This document shows positions 13,900 through 27,115 of a DNA stretch of 64,000 nt, piece after piece. The notes under the pieces were generated by a model. It was not told the DNA's origin and did no database searches. It saw nothing but the letters and a program-made list of their open reading frames with translations. The position numbers and the translations under genes were made by a program. Every line of letters starts with the position of its first letter. Position 1 is the stretch's first letter. Location of the stretch: contig CM060732.1 of NCBI GenBank assembly GCA_030704615.1, positions 63,240,001-63,304,000 of the forward strand. The letters are read 5' to 3'. The stretch comes from Takakia lepidozioides (lineage: Eukaryota; Plantae; Bryophyta).

Positions 13900-14835
13900 G
13901 ACATAAAAAGCTTGTGGAACAACTCCTGTGTAAAAACAATGCAAACAAAGAATCCAAAAGGCATTTAATAATTGTGCACAACTCATATATTTACAACTAA
14001 AAATGTAAACAACTAAAAAAATAAAGCTCAATGAAAGGGAGTTACAAGCGGGTAATGGTGGCTGGTTGGCAGGTCCCTCCCTACTTTGGGCTCCCTCCCT
14101 CTCATGCAGAATCTGCTATAACAGAAGCCAAAGGGGCTATCTCATCAACCCCCAATTGTATCAAGAATTAAAAAAATTTAAAGAAAGGGAAGATACTTAC
14201 CAGTGATGATCAATGTGGGCTGGTTGGCGGGCCCCTCTTTGCTTGTGCTCCCTCCAATGTAAAATCTACCATAGTGGAGCAAGGGCTATCAGCCCCTTGG
14301 TATATCATCAAAGAAAACAGGGAAAAAAATAAAAAAATAAAAAAAATGATGATCAATGATTACCATGGACCAAGGGGCCTGGTTGCAGGTGGGCCCTCCT
14401 TACTCGTCCTCCTTACCTCTTGCACCACATGCCATAGCAGAAAAGGAGGAAGCTGATTAGCTTCATGGTGAACTAAAGCTAAAAACAGTAAAATAACCAA
14501 AAGTGGTGGATGCTTACCAACGTCACTAACTCTACTTGCTACAGCATTGATATCCACTCGATTGCTTAGATCATTCTCTTTTGAAAAGCCCTCTTCAGTA
14601 GCTGAACAGCACTTGGAGACGACTGGATGACTAAATCACTGACAACCAAGACCAGGTTGACTTTCAAGTGAAGACAGCCAGAATGCAGTGCCACGTGGAG
14701 TAGCCAGAAACTATGAACTAGAGAGCCCCTGAAGGAGAGGATGGAAGAGACGGGGGGATGGCTGCTCACACACCTCCTCTCGCCAATCAACATTGTTCAA
14801 GATTCCCTGACACACAGCGAAAAGATGAACACCCT

Positions 14836-16185
14836 TGTACAAAACCTGCATAAGCACCTTATTCAGCTCCACCTGCAGCTATCCTACCATCCCACAATAG
14901 AACTTCTTGGAAATGAACAGTGCGGAGACCCCTCTAATTTGGTGCAAATCAATTCTGCCAATACAATAACCCACAGAATGGTGAACAAAAGAAAAGGGGG
15001 TTACCTCACTCGCTGCAAAACCTGGGTAAATTTCAACCCCAAGTTCCTCTGCTTTCCCTCCTAGCCACCGCACCAGCTCACTCAAGCTATTCAAAGCATA
15101 GCACATGGTTATGGAAGGCTTCAACAAGCATTGCCAAATAGCTGGCTCTCACATAGAATAATACCCCTTGCCTTTGTCTCTGTGGTTAAGCACAAGTGTT
15201 TGTTCCAATCGAGGGTTTAGGATTTACCAAGCCTCCTGGGATTTGGTGGCCCACTGAATCATGGTGGAAGACTTTAGTATGCTAGTTTCCTGCATGCAAC
15301 TATCTCTTCCCCGTCTCTCTGTACACTTCAATACCTGTTCTACATAGGAAAGTAGCAGCATAATTTCCACAAAGTTGAATATGTGGAGAAAACAAAAATA
15401 TTGCACTCAAGCCGGAGTAGGAGAGTAGAAGTTGACCTAATAACAAAGTTACTATTGTTGTTGAAGGGAGATGGGAGTGGCAGTGCACGTTTCTCAAATA
15501 ACATCCAAACTTGTCTTCCACAACTGGCACACGCAGTGGAGCCTGTGTCAAAAGATCCAATTGATATCCTTCAACCAATCCTCATCAGCGATAATCTGCT
15601 ATTATCAAATTATCATGAACGGATGTGTCTCAATTGATTAGCACTCATCAGCAATCACTCCATTTCCAGCTGAATAACATCATGAACGGAAGACAGTCAC
15701 TCCCCAAGCCATCTACCTCTCTTACATCATCCAGTTTTCATAAGTATGGACTGAGGACATACGCCTTGATCCTTCCAATCTGGAAGGAGCTCACTGAGTG
15801 CCCGTGTTTCAAACACATTTCCCGAAAGTATGTGTGCACCTGCCACATATACAGGAACAGTCAGGCGCCGAGGTTCTGTATAAATCTCTGTTGCACGATG
15901 AACAACATTGATCATGGCAATAGACACTAAGGCAAGGAAGCAACCTACTGTCATTACGCCCCAACCAACTTGCTATCCATTATGTGCTGCAAAAGTACAA
16001 ATTGGTCATCCAAAGCTAGCCTGGCTGTCATCCAGATTGTACAACTAAGCACCGTACAAGAGAGGGGCAGAGAGCTGACCAACTTCAGCACCCTTCTCAA
16101 CCACGCACACAGACAGATCAGTGCCCTTCTCTATGCACAGTTGCTTTAGTCTAATTGCTGCCCCCAAACCGGCCGGGCCTGCACC
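14836..16185 (-). pseudogene. ETFQO: Captured fragment of electron-transfer-flavoprotein:ubiquinone oxidoreductase (exons 16185-16080, 15839-15763, 15542-15437, 15086-15005, 14845-~14836)
   Basis: [16 protein letters not shown]...[11 protein letters not shown]|GAHILSGNVFE..ALSELLPDWK|APLRVPV.EDKF..PSPF.N..NFVIS|LSELVRWLGGKAEELGVEIYPGFAASE|VLY, with intact GT-AG introns. 1-nt frameshift in the third exon; truncated at both ends. Confidence 0.93.
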
Positions 16186-16838
16186 TTACGACGAAGTTCG
16201 CACCACCTGGGGTCCAGGATTGGCGCTCAGCACAGATTACACTGAGGCTAAAGTTGAAGAACTCGTGTTACAGCTCCGGTTGATAACTCTAAGCCCAAAC
16301 ACGGGAGTCTGTAACATCATGGATATCAGGTCGGAGGTCGCTCTCCCTGGAGATAGATCACACAAGGCCGGCCCAATGAAGGATTGCAGTATACAATATG
16401 GCATAGATGTGTGAGGCAATGTGGTTATTATGTTGATCGGAAGAGAGAGTCCTGAAGAGAAAGAGAAAGATTACACTTCTTGCAGCTGCCTAGTAAGGCC
16501 TCTGCCCCACCCAGTTACTAGGCGGGTAGTAGTTGCAGGTCATGAAGATGCTGCCGTCACTGCATACTTTGTCTCGTACATCAAACCCTGGTAGTTCTGC
16601 GCCAGGCGATTTGAGTGTAATGCCCACAGGCTCTGTAGTAGAAGCAAGAATTGGAGTTAAGTCAGGAGCAAATCACTGAAGTACTACACCGAGTTGTTTT
16701 AGGGTGAAGTCACCAACAAGCGAAGTCTCTGTAATGTATCCTGAAGGTCTTAAATTGAACAACACAGGTTAGCAAGAGGAGCATCGCACTACATGTCCAT
16801 CGAGTCAAACTCAGATCCGAAGTGAAAGGAATCACCGA

Positions 16839-17655
16839 TTGGGGCTCCAAGCGAAAACATGTGAAATGAAACTTTCATGCTGTGAAATGTTGGGACAAAA
16901 TGGGTCAGGGAGCAGCAGAATGATGGAGTTCACAAATATGAGTACCCTTGCCACAAAAATTGTAGATGTGTTTTGTGATATGGAAGAAGCAATCCTGGTT
17001 GATATCATTTGTTCAACAGAGAATCAAACAGGCATCAATGAAGAGTGCCCACCTCGATTACAAGCTCCTGTGCAAATCCCAAGGTCCTCTACGGGTGTGC
17101 ATTTAGAACAAGACACAAATCAAGAGGACATTGAGTATCAGCCATCAAGAGTGCGACTACCCTGCGGCCTACGGATTTGATTGTGACACAGCCAAACCAC
17201 TAGAGGAACTGGCAGATATGGTGTTGATTGATGAATTGACTATATCACAGTGGAGAAGCAGTCCTCAGGCCAAGGAGTCAAGGCATCATAGTGAATACCA
17301 AACGAAAAGATTTGACAAAGAAGGCAGGGTTGAGGAAAAGGTCTTTTTGCATGATCCAACCATAAAGGGGAGTATGTCCCATGAAGAATCTAAGCAAGGA
17401 CAAGGAAGCCAGGATGGCAACAGGGAGCTGGAAAATCAAACAGGGAAAGATGTTTCATGTGAGCCAAAGCTTGTGAACCCTGCTGGCTGCACAAGAGTTG
17501 ATGATCATTATTCCAAGGAAGGGGACAAATGGGCAGCAATTATAGATCTGTACCCTCCCACCAAGCTACCTGAGGGTAGTACCAAGCAACAGAGACATGC
17601 CGGAGGGATTCTCAGATTGCAAGAGCCATTTGGAAGGAGAATTGGATCAATGTAA
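16839..17655 (+). pseudogene. Unidentified coding-like fragment inside the hAT (probable second cargo)
   Basis: Two overlapping hydrophilic ORFs (113 and 174 aa) joined by a frameshift. No family recognised. Confidence 0.3.
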
Positions 17656-20600
17656 TGAGCACCTGGAATAGTCGTACCATTTCCCCTCATTCACCCATTC
17701 ATTCGCGGCGTCCGAAGGCTGCCAACTCTTGCCTAATCCCCAGAAAATGTTTTCTCCGTATGGCCCTCCCGAGTGCTGGAGTTGGCAATCGCCATACTCT
17801 CGTCTTTCAACGGCCCACCAGTGTGCGTAACTTGCGAGACGGTCGTCCCACTGTGGGGGCCGGATGCCAATCCGAGCTCGGGCCGCGTTCTGGGGACGTA
17901 GAGACTAGAGACGTAGAGACACTTAGGGCTACAGCCCACGGGTGGAACCGGAACCGGAACCGGAACCCTAAACCCCAAACCTGGTTCCCACACATGTGGT
18001 CGTAGCTGGAACCACCGGTTCCGGTTCCCACACAATCCCCAATTTCCGGTTCCGGTTCCGGTTCTGCACAGGCGGGTCCGGTTCCGGTCCAGTTCCACGG
18101 AACCGGAACCGGCGGTTACCTGGGGCCCAGGCGGGTAACCACCCAACACTGGTCTCGACCAATAGGCTAATGAGAACACTTTGCCCGGTTCTCGCTAATG
18201 TAATCAACGACTGTTGAAGCTCCAGCCATCTCCGATATATATGGCCACATTGCCTTTGTCATATCATCCCGGTCACGCAAGCCGTTTGGTGATGGCTTGA
18301 ATGAGAAAGAGAAGAACCCAGTATTTTGTGGGTTTCGCAGGCCCTTTGATGGCTCATCATCTACAAGAAATATTTGCCTATGCGTAGCAAACGGTCTACC
18401 AAGGTACTTGGCAATAACACTGCGAATATCCTTCATGAGATATTTCACCCCGGGCCTGATATAATAGGTGGTATCTTTGCAATCCTCAGCAGACCATATG
18501 AAGCAAAACTTCTTCGCTATTTTGATGGGGACGAAACTCTCCAACATCCTACAAAGAACACCTCTATCAGCGCATGACCAAATGGCCACGTGAAAATGCT
18601 TCAATGCAAGGTTTAGAAACTCCAAGACTCCAGGCCGAGGCACCACAAACGGTCTGTCAAGAACTTGAAGTGTCACATTCCTGAAGGGTGAAAGCATGCT
18701 AATGTGTACCACTGACACTCCTGAAAATGACTAAATTTTGACTGCTGGCGTGTTACACCGCGGTGTCTGGACATGACATGTTGCGATGAAAACGTGATGA
18801 AATTGACAGATGATACTAGGCACCTCAACCCCATCCATCGGATGCTCGTACACCCTTTTGTACACCTCCAATTTTGGTCGTACACCGCTAATTTTGAGTT
18901 TACGATATTAACTTGACTTCCGTTTGTCACCATTTGTTTCCCCTCATCGCATCCAAGCCGGGTTTGGTGTGTTTGATGCATACTTCAGTGCTGCAGATGC
19001 TCATATAATTTTTAGGAGTTTATTTGATATATTTTTAATTTTAAAACAATTTATAATGAATTATATACTATTTGTAAGAACTCATTTTGGCCTCAAATTC
19101 AAAATTGGAGGACCTTGTAGCCATTTCAAGGACATGGCCTTCTTATTTCTCAGTAGCTAAACACTTTTGGTGAAAGAATTATGTTCAAATGCAGGTCTAT
19201 TGTCGCGCACCTCACTTCGGTAAGCTCCCCTTCAGGTCATAGTTGCTAGCCTGATGCGCGCGCCTAACTCCCAACCTGGCCGCCAGACCAACTTGGAGCT
19301 TCGGCTGCTCACCGGGGCATAACGGTCCCCCTTTGAACTCCCAAAGAACCCTCCACCGATTTGGAACCAGCGGGAATTCCCTTTGGTAGTTGGCAGTCCG
19401 GAACAGCTCCCCACTCTTTGGTCGCTTTCCGGCTCGCTCGCTTACTCACTAGTTTTTGGTCACCAACGGGCTTGCACCGTTCTCGGGGTTACTACTCCCT
19501 ATATATACTTCTGTAGCTGTCCGCGGGGGTTTCACAACCAGCCATGCCATTTTATGGCGAACCACCACGAAAACCCTCGACTCCCGGTGATGAGTCGCGG
19601 TGAGTCTTGGCCCACTCACCACGGCCCCTATGGACCGTGATGAGTCCCAAGACTCCCCACGACTCCCACCACGAGGTCTCCGCCCCCATGGTGAGTCCTA
19701 TGCCACCCCCACTAAGTCCCGCTAAGCTACCACCACCCCTTGTGGAGCCACCCCCAGCGCAACCCGGTGTGCGGGGCTCCACCTAGTGAGCGCCTCCGCC
19801 TCCTTGAGTGCCTTGGGCACTCAAGGGTGCTTCAGCCCCCCATACCTATCGCTGCCGCTGCCCCCACCACAGGGGCAGCCCCTCATGTGTCCCGACCCCC
19901 TGCCCTCAAGGCAAAGGGCCGCGACATCTACTGTCATTTTTGCATTCTTCAATACCTTACATAAGCACATGAAAATCCCTGATAGGACCTTCACATGTTA
20001 TGGGTGTGAAAATGAGTCCTAAAGGACTACAACATTTTGGGACATTTGAACCTTGTGCTATTCAAGATTCCTTTAGGACCCCTTAAATTATCAAATCACA
20101 AAAAAATATATATGGGCATGACAAGAATTTCAAAGGCTTTCCAATGATATAATGTGTGTGTGGTTTTATACTGAACTCGATATCCTAAATTTGGATCGAT
20201 TGTATCATATGTGCTGGAAAACAGTTTGTGACATCTTTTTTGGGTCCTATTATTTTCATGGCAGAAACACTAATGTCAGTGTGTGATTACTTGCTCAAGA
20301 TAACTTTGTCTCTCATCCTTTATATGCAACAGCGGGGAAGAGGAAACAGATGTTGTTAATTTTGAGTGTCAACGGACTCCTCTGTTACCTTCCACCCCCA
20401 ACCGGCGGAGAACTGTTTAAAGAGAAATTTCGTTTCAGGGTCAAAGCACACTAATACACATGACCCAGAATGATTGAGTGTATGGAAGATCAACACGATT
20501 GTGCAAAAAGTGGCAAAATCCTGTACGTGTTGTGGGTTGGAATGTTTCGAGAAGAGGGTTAATATTGGGAAGAAGAGGAACGTCGACTGCCAAGTGGAGG

Positions 20601-22369
20601 TTCAAGAAAGTACCTTGTACGGAGGGAAATTGATGAAGGTGTCGTGATGCATCCCCGTCTGTTGAGAAAAGATGGAGTTAATTAGTGCAGAACCAAACGA
20701 ACAGAAAAGAGAAGAAAGTGGAGAAATGATATCGAATACTACCGATGTCGTCTTATTGGAAAGTCTCGTTGGCGGACTTGGGATCCCGACGGACGTGTTT
20801 TGACGAGACCCCGATATGTCCGAGGTATTCTTTTTCTTCCTCGAGTCTGCTTTGTCTCTGAAGACAGACTTCTCTCCGGTGGAACCGATTTGTAAAAGAG
20901 ATGGAAATGGTTTGGGGGCTCTATTCCGCTTCCTCGATGCAAAACATTGCGCCAACACTGCAGGGTCGGGAAGCCCAGAAGTTGCAATTGTTTCGTCCAT
21001 GTCCTCGTCCAAAGGATTGCGGAGAAGGGGCGGAATGGAAATTGTCCCTTGAGCACTCCATATCCTGAATGGAATTCACACGTAACGAAGGGATTACCTC
21101 GCAACAGAATTCCAATGAAGACGTCGTTTGACAGAAATGTCATAATTCGCAGATTTTCTGGCCTGGAATAAAACAAGAACATCAAACCCAGTACTAAGAA
21201 AAACAAAATGACGAGTAAAAATTCAGATATAAGTAATTTTACCTGACTCCTCCTGATTTGGGCTGTCCAACCCTCGTGCTGGGGAGAGAAGGAGGGAAGA
21301 AAGGCAACAGTGTGTTGTGGAGCCACAACCTCAGCCGCATCCTCAATGGCTAACATTCTCGAGGTAGATTTCAAACACTTGACACTTAACATGGAGGGTG
21401 AGGATTGTAGAGTGAGGTCCACGAAATCCCCTTCACATTTGTCAGGATGGCTTCCACCTTCGACATTCAATCCTAAACAATCTTGCGATGGAACATTCTT
21501 TTCAGGAATTGACTGAAGAAGAGGGTCGTGCAATTGTATCGAAGTGTCTGGATGATGCTTCACCGTCGATGACAGAAATCTCAACAGTAGTGTGAATGTT
21601 GTCCCTCTGTCGACGAATTTCTGATATGGAGGATTTCAATGGAGGTCCCAACGAGAAGTTGGCATCGGCAACATCTCCATGAACCTGTCCAAACAAACTT
21701 ATATGGTCATTGTACAGACAAATGATAACCTCCACTGCACAGTGGAGGTTGTCGGATTTGAAAAAGCCCCCGCGACAAGATTTGGGAAGTCTGTGCAGAC
21801 TTCCCACATTGACAGGGAATGGAACATGATGAACGACGCAAGGAGGTGGTGTTTTGGGCTACCTGTGGCTGCTGCTTGTCGCCTGTCAGGAGCGGGAGGG
21901 CATTCATGCAGGTCCACTTCCTCTTCACAAAATGAAACGGCGCATTGCTCGCTATCCGTCGAAGGTCCATCTCCGTCTTGCCGTCACCCTTGCAGAAAAT
22001 GAGGAGTCGCCCACATCATCCGTGATTGCATTTAGCTCCATATTCCTAGACGGAAATATTTGTTCAACTGCGTCCACATCTCACGATATAAATAAAATTG
22101 TCCGACCAACCTTTGCTGACGGTCGCATGATTGACAATATAAATCATAATATATGAATTTTACAGATAATTAATGAAGTCCACGTAATGAGGCCACATCG
22201 GTTGTCACGTCGGTTCTCATAGTAAATAGTCAATATTAAAATAAAAAAAATAAACATATTTATGTACAGTAACGTCAGTTTATGACGTGACGTGACGCAC
22301 GTCCGTCGCTGACATCGGACGTGACGATGACGCGTCAACGCCACGTCACGTCCAAATTTGCAACTAGGA

Positions 22370-23944
22370 AGACATCTTGCCCATTGCAGTACGTAGGTCA
22401 TTGACTCCCAAGGTTTGCGAGACAGTCTATAGACTGGGAGCATTGTTCCGGTGGATTTGCTCTAAAGAGCTGGAGGAAGCGGACTTTCCACACATGAAAA
22501 AGGAGGCGGCGGTGGTCATGTGTATGTTGGAGATGCACCTTCCTTCTTTGACATCCAAATGCACTTGGTAGTGCACTTAGTAGAAGAGGCTTCAATTGCC
22601 GGCCCCGTTCATTCTCGGTGGATGTACTACCTTGAGCGATACATGAAGACTTTGAAAGCACATGTAAGACAAATGGCACACCCGGAGGGTAGCATGGCAG
22701 AGGGGTATACATTGCAAGAGGTTATGTTCTACTACATGGAGTAATTGGCAAGGGTGGATAATGAAGCCCCTCCGATGTGGAAGGAAGATGAGGATGTACG
22801 AACCAAAGACATCGTTTTGCCCAAAAATTCAAAGAGGGTAAAATTACCCATCATAGTGATTAACCAAACGCATGAGTTCATACTGAAGAACACCATATCC
22901 ATACATGAGTGGGAGGCAAGATACAATAACCTTGTTCAGCACCGACAGGAGGAGACGGTTGCGTGGAGGCGGAACCATGCAAGGGCGACTACACACACTC
23001 CGCGAGCAAGGGGTCGGCATAGGAATGTGCCTTCACAAGAATTGCCCATGGAATTGCAGCCTCTAAGTTCATTCCGCCATTGGCTTCGGACTGAAGTAGA
23101 AAATAGCATTGTGAAAGGTGAGATGGTTTCAGATTTGATGCAAGACATTGCAAGGGGCCCCTCTCAATTTGCGACCTCATACACAACGGTTTGGGTTCAT
23201 GGTCGTCATTTCCGCATTCATGCTCTTGACATGAAGCGCAAAACAACGTTTGATTCTGGCTTGTGTGCCTCATATTGGCAAGACTCCGTGTGGGGCAGGG
23301 GAGATACACGACCTACCATGAGCATACACAACTACTTTGGAAAGTTTGAGAACATACTTCAACTTCAGTATACAAGGCACCAGCCTCTTATCTTCAAGGC
23401 AAGGTGGTTCCAGCCACATTTTGTGGGGCCATCCGCAACAATAGTGGAAGACGAGTGTGGTTTCATGCGCGTCAATACAGATAGGCTCGAGTCTACTCAT
23501 CGTCCCTCCGAAGAGCCTTTTTCATGGCCTTCAGACATGGAGCAAGCTTTCTTCTCCGGATCAGGAAATTGGAAGGTGGTTGTGCATGCTCAGCCAAGAG
23601 GAAGACTTATCTATCATGGTCGGGGATCTACATGGGGCGAGGTAGATGCGGAGGAGGAAGAGACTAGTGATGATGACGCTGATGTTGGCCAAGGTTGGAT
23701 AGAGGGGGTACAAGAGAATGATGACGCCCCGGACAATGCATCCCGGACCCTATATGATGAGGCTCCATTAGATGCGGATGTTGGAGAAGAAGATGAAGAC
23801 ATGGTCATTGAAACCGAGGTGGAAGATGATTCAGATGTGCCTTTTGATGACCAAGCCATTTATGACAATGACTCTGATGAGCAAGAAGATTTGCAGCTTG
23901 ATGAGGACGAAGAAGCTCCGGATGATGATGTTCAAGTTAATTAG
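22370..23944 (+). mobile_element. CACTA/En-Spm transposase 3' fragment (DUF4218-DUF4216 region, acidic tail)
   Basis: PSFFDIQMHLVVHLVEEASIAGPVHSRWMYYLERYMKTLK..HPEGSMAEGY; YFGKFENILQLQY..IFKARW; EEPFSWPSDMEQAFF. Disrupted. Confidence 0.9.
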
Positions 23945-26329
23945 ACACGTAATCAAAGCTACATAATAATTCTCGCACAGAATTGTACCCATCCCTTCGA
24001 TTGATTGTACATGTACATGCATGTAGCTTATTTCTATGATTGATTAATGAAAAATCCATGAAAAAAATCCTTTGTAGGTGTGGCGATCTAGGAATGATTC
24101 TAGTGAAGTTGTAACTCGAAAAGTGACTCTAGGATTGTTGAGTTTTTGTACGAGGGCAAGAACGTTGAAAGTTATGGTTCTTATTCTACAAGTGTTGACC
24201 AAGACTTACCCCTGGAAACCCTTCAATCGATTTGGTTACCATGATCTCGATGCAACAGAAAGAATCTTCGAAATAGGTGTGAAAGACGACAATGTTGCTC
24301 AAGCCATTGCCAAAGCAATCTACCCTCAACCCTCTAGTCCCATGGCCCTTCTTTTTTCCTTTCCTAGTGTCCCCACCCCCTCTTCCTGCCCTTTGTCTTT
24401 AACAATAAGGCCGCCCGGGTTGATCATGGTCTCCCATGCAAGATAGACCTGTTATAATTGTAGCACAGAAGGAGGACTAAAAAGATTTGCAACAATGGAT
24501 CCATTCAGCTTGGCCTCTGCCATGACCTTTGCAAAGACACAGAAAAGACGATATTGCGATTCCTCACCGTCGCAAACTTGTTGGGGCATCGCAATGCTGT
24601 CGCAAGGCGACCCCTGGAGGTCGCAACCCCCTACATTTACAATATCTATGATTGCGGATTTGTCCTACGTAATGATTTTTGTTTTAGCTCTATTTTGTTT
24701 TGTGAATGCAAACCCCAGACCACTACATCCATGGAAAAAATTGGACCAAACAAAAAAACAAAAAAAAAACAAAAAAAATCCTTCACTTACTATTGCGGAA
24801 TTCTCTATGGAGAGTGCATGAAGTTGAAAAGAACTCAACTTGGGAGTGCAAATGAAGGAAGAAAATATGGTTTTCAGTCCAAATGATTTTGTTTACTCCC
24901 AAAATTTGCACACGCATTGCAAACGTTGTCATTAAGCATATGGCTTGGGAACGGAATAAAACAAAATCATGTGCATGTGCAAAAAATCATCATCCCACCT
25001 GAGGGGATGAGGAGGAGGATGTGGCGGCGGCCGTCAAGTTTGCTGGGATCGGCACCAATGGTGGTAGAAAGAACTCTGGCCCTGTTATACAACAAGAGAG
25101 AGGAGCACTATAAAGATTGGAAAAAGGGGATCAATTGACCCTGGCCTCTGCCATGACCTTTGCAAAGAGACACTAAATAGGGCATCTATGTGACTCCCGG
25201 ACGTCGCAGACCCGTCGCATTACCACTGATGGGCGATTTCTAGCGGTCGCAACCCCCGCGAGGAAATGACATCCTTGCGACTCCCCAACGTCGCGGCCCT
25301 GCTGGAGCGTCGCTAGGCCGTCCTAGCGACGACGGGACATCGCACTACCCCGTCGAGCTGGGCGTCCACGGGGAAATGGTGACGTTGCGACTCCTGAACG
25401 TCGATGGAATGTCGCAGTACCCTCAGCCTGGGGGTCTAGGATTGGGGATTTCTGGTATGTAATGATTTTTGTTTTACCCAAATTTGTTTTGTGAATTCAA
25501 CCCTTGCACCACTACATCTGTGCAAAATATTGGACAAAAACAAAAACAAAAAAAACAAAAAAAAATCTTTGCTCACTTTTTTAGACTCTCTATGAAGAGT
25601 GCATGAAGTTGTAGAGAACTTAACTTTGGAGTACAAATGAGGGAAGAAAATACGGTTTTGGGTCCAGATGACTTTTATTTACTCCCAATTTTTGCACGTA
25701 CATTACATATGTTGTCATTAAACATATGGCTTGAAAGTGGAATTCAAAAAAAATTATGTGCAGACGAAACACAATATTTAGTCTCCACGACACGTAGTTT
25801 CGTTGAAATCTCGAATGATCTATTGACTGAACTTGGTTCAAGCTCGTATTTGGTCCACATGTGCTTAAGTATGTTCATATCACATATGTAAAGTTGCAAA
25901 TGACGAGCATCGAGAAGAAATATTCACCCCTGACGTTGTAGGCCCTGCATGAAGTTGAAGAAAACTCAACCTTGGAGAGCAAATGATGGAGGAAAATATG
26001 GTTTTGGGTCCAGATAACTTTTGTTCACTGCCAAATTTTGCACGCACATTGCACACGCAGTCATTAAGCATGTGAGTCATTCTCTTGTCATTCTCATTAA
26101 GTCATTCTCTCGTCTTTCTTGCATCTCTAACATGAGATACTCTAATGATAGTTTGGAACTGTTCGTAGTTGTGAGCATTGTTCAACCAACATTGTTCTTT
26201 CTTTTTGACGATCCTGGTTTAAATTAGTGCAATGTAACCAAGCAACCTCTACATATTGAAATGTGCGTAAATTATGGCCCTTGTTCTTCCACTGCAACAA
26301 ACTCGTTCACAAAATGCTCTTCTTTCGCA

Positions 26330-27115
26330 GCAACCACGATCTTGAAATAAAGCCAAAGCTTTTTACAAAGCAAAATCATCCGATGTTGTGCTTATCTCTA
26401 CCATCCTACCTGAGCATGTGCGCGAATTTCTTGTGATGACATTCGAGGGGAGGGAGAACCCAGTTGTCTGTCTCTCTCCTTTTTTAGATTCCGAGGTGCT
26501 TTCTCAAACTCTTGGATTTTTTCGATGAGATTGTCTACCTTTCGAATTTGTCAAGGAATCGAGGATGCCACCAAAGAAGTTTAGTATGCGTCTAGTCCAA
26601 GGTTCCCTAGAAGTTATCTGATGTATCTACATGTCAACGTTGTCGCCTAACATTGGATGCCTGCTACGACTTAGGTAATTATGTCAAACAACTTCCACAA
26701 AGGCAACGACGTGCAATTGGAGCAAGTGATGCAAATTGACACCAAGACTCTACGCTATGTAAATCACATGGAGGTGGAAATGTTAATGAGATCTCATCCG
26801 ATATACAAAGCGAAATCATCCGAGGTTGTGCTTCTCTCTACCATCCTACCTAAGCATGTGCGCGCGTTTTTCTGTGACAAAGAGTATTTGGGGCCGATTG
26901 CAATTGCGTCATTCTGTTACAAAATCTTTCGAATTCGTCAAGGAATCGAGGATGCCACCAAAGAAGTTTAGCATGCACATAATCGGAGGTTCTCTATAAG
27001 TTATCTGATGTATCTAGATGTCAATGTTGTCTCCTGACAGTGGATGTCTGCTAGCTACGACTTAGGTGATTATGCCAAACAACTCCCATAAATGCAACGA
27101 TGTGCAACTGGAGTG
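26330..27115. repeat. Diverged tandem duplication, unit about 0.4 kb
   Basis: aaatcatccga.gttgtgctt.tctctaccatcctacct and tcaaggaatcgaggatgccaccaaagaagtttag each occur twice. Confidence 0.75.

Larger units (their letters stand above)
10884..18151 (-). mobile_element. hAT DNA transposon, 7268 bp, with gene-fragment cargo
   Basis: 15-bp TIRs CAGTGTTGGG(C/T)GGTT. 8-bp TSD GTCTCGAC at 10876-10883 and 18152-18159. (GGTTCC)n/CCGGTT subterminal arrays at both ends. Internal hAT transposase. Confidence 0.96.
10378..18718 (-). pseudogene. FCP1/NIF-like HAD-superfamily phosphatase-domain gene, interrupted by the hAT (pieces 18718-18152, 10875-10797, 10637-10378)
   Basis: RPGVLEFL...FHVAIWS...FIWSAEDC...MKDI...FLVDDEPSKGLRNP is FCP1-like. 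With the hAT removed the frame continues KCSH*PIGRD^HACWA*YGRYLD, then a phase-compatible GT-AG intron (10796-10638) leads to VTFKERILKEEQ. Confidence 0.72.

Noticed and set aside
17733-18217. ORFs rich in RNRNR/GTGTG/FRFRF
   Set aside because: Translations of the hAT (GGTTCC)n subterminal repeats.
19200-22140. Several 70-280 aa ORFs (for example 20739..21584)
   Set aside because: Degenerate, no recognisable domain; probably TE-internal and cannot be assigned.
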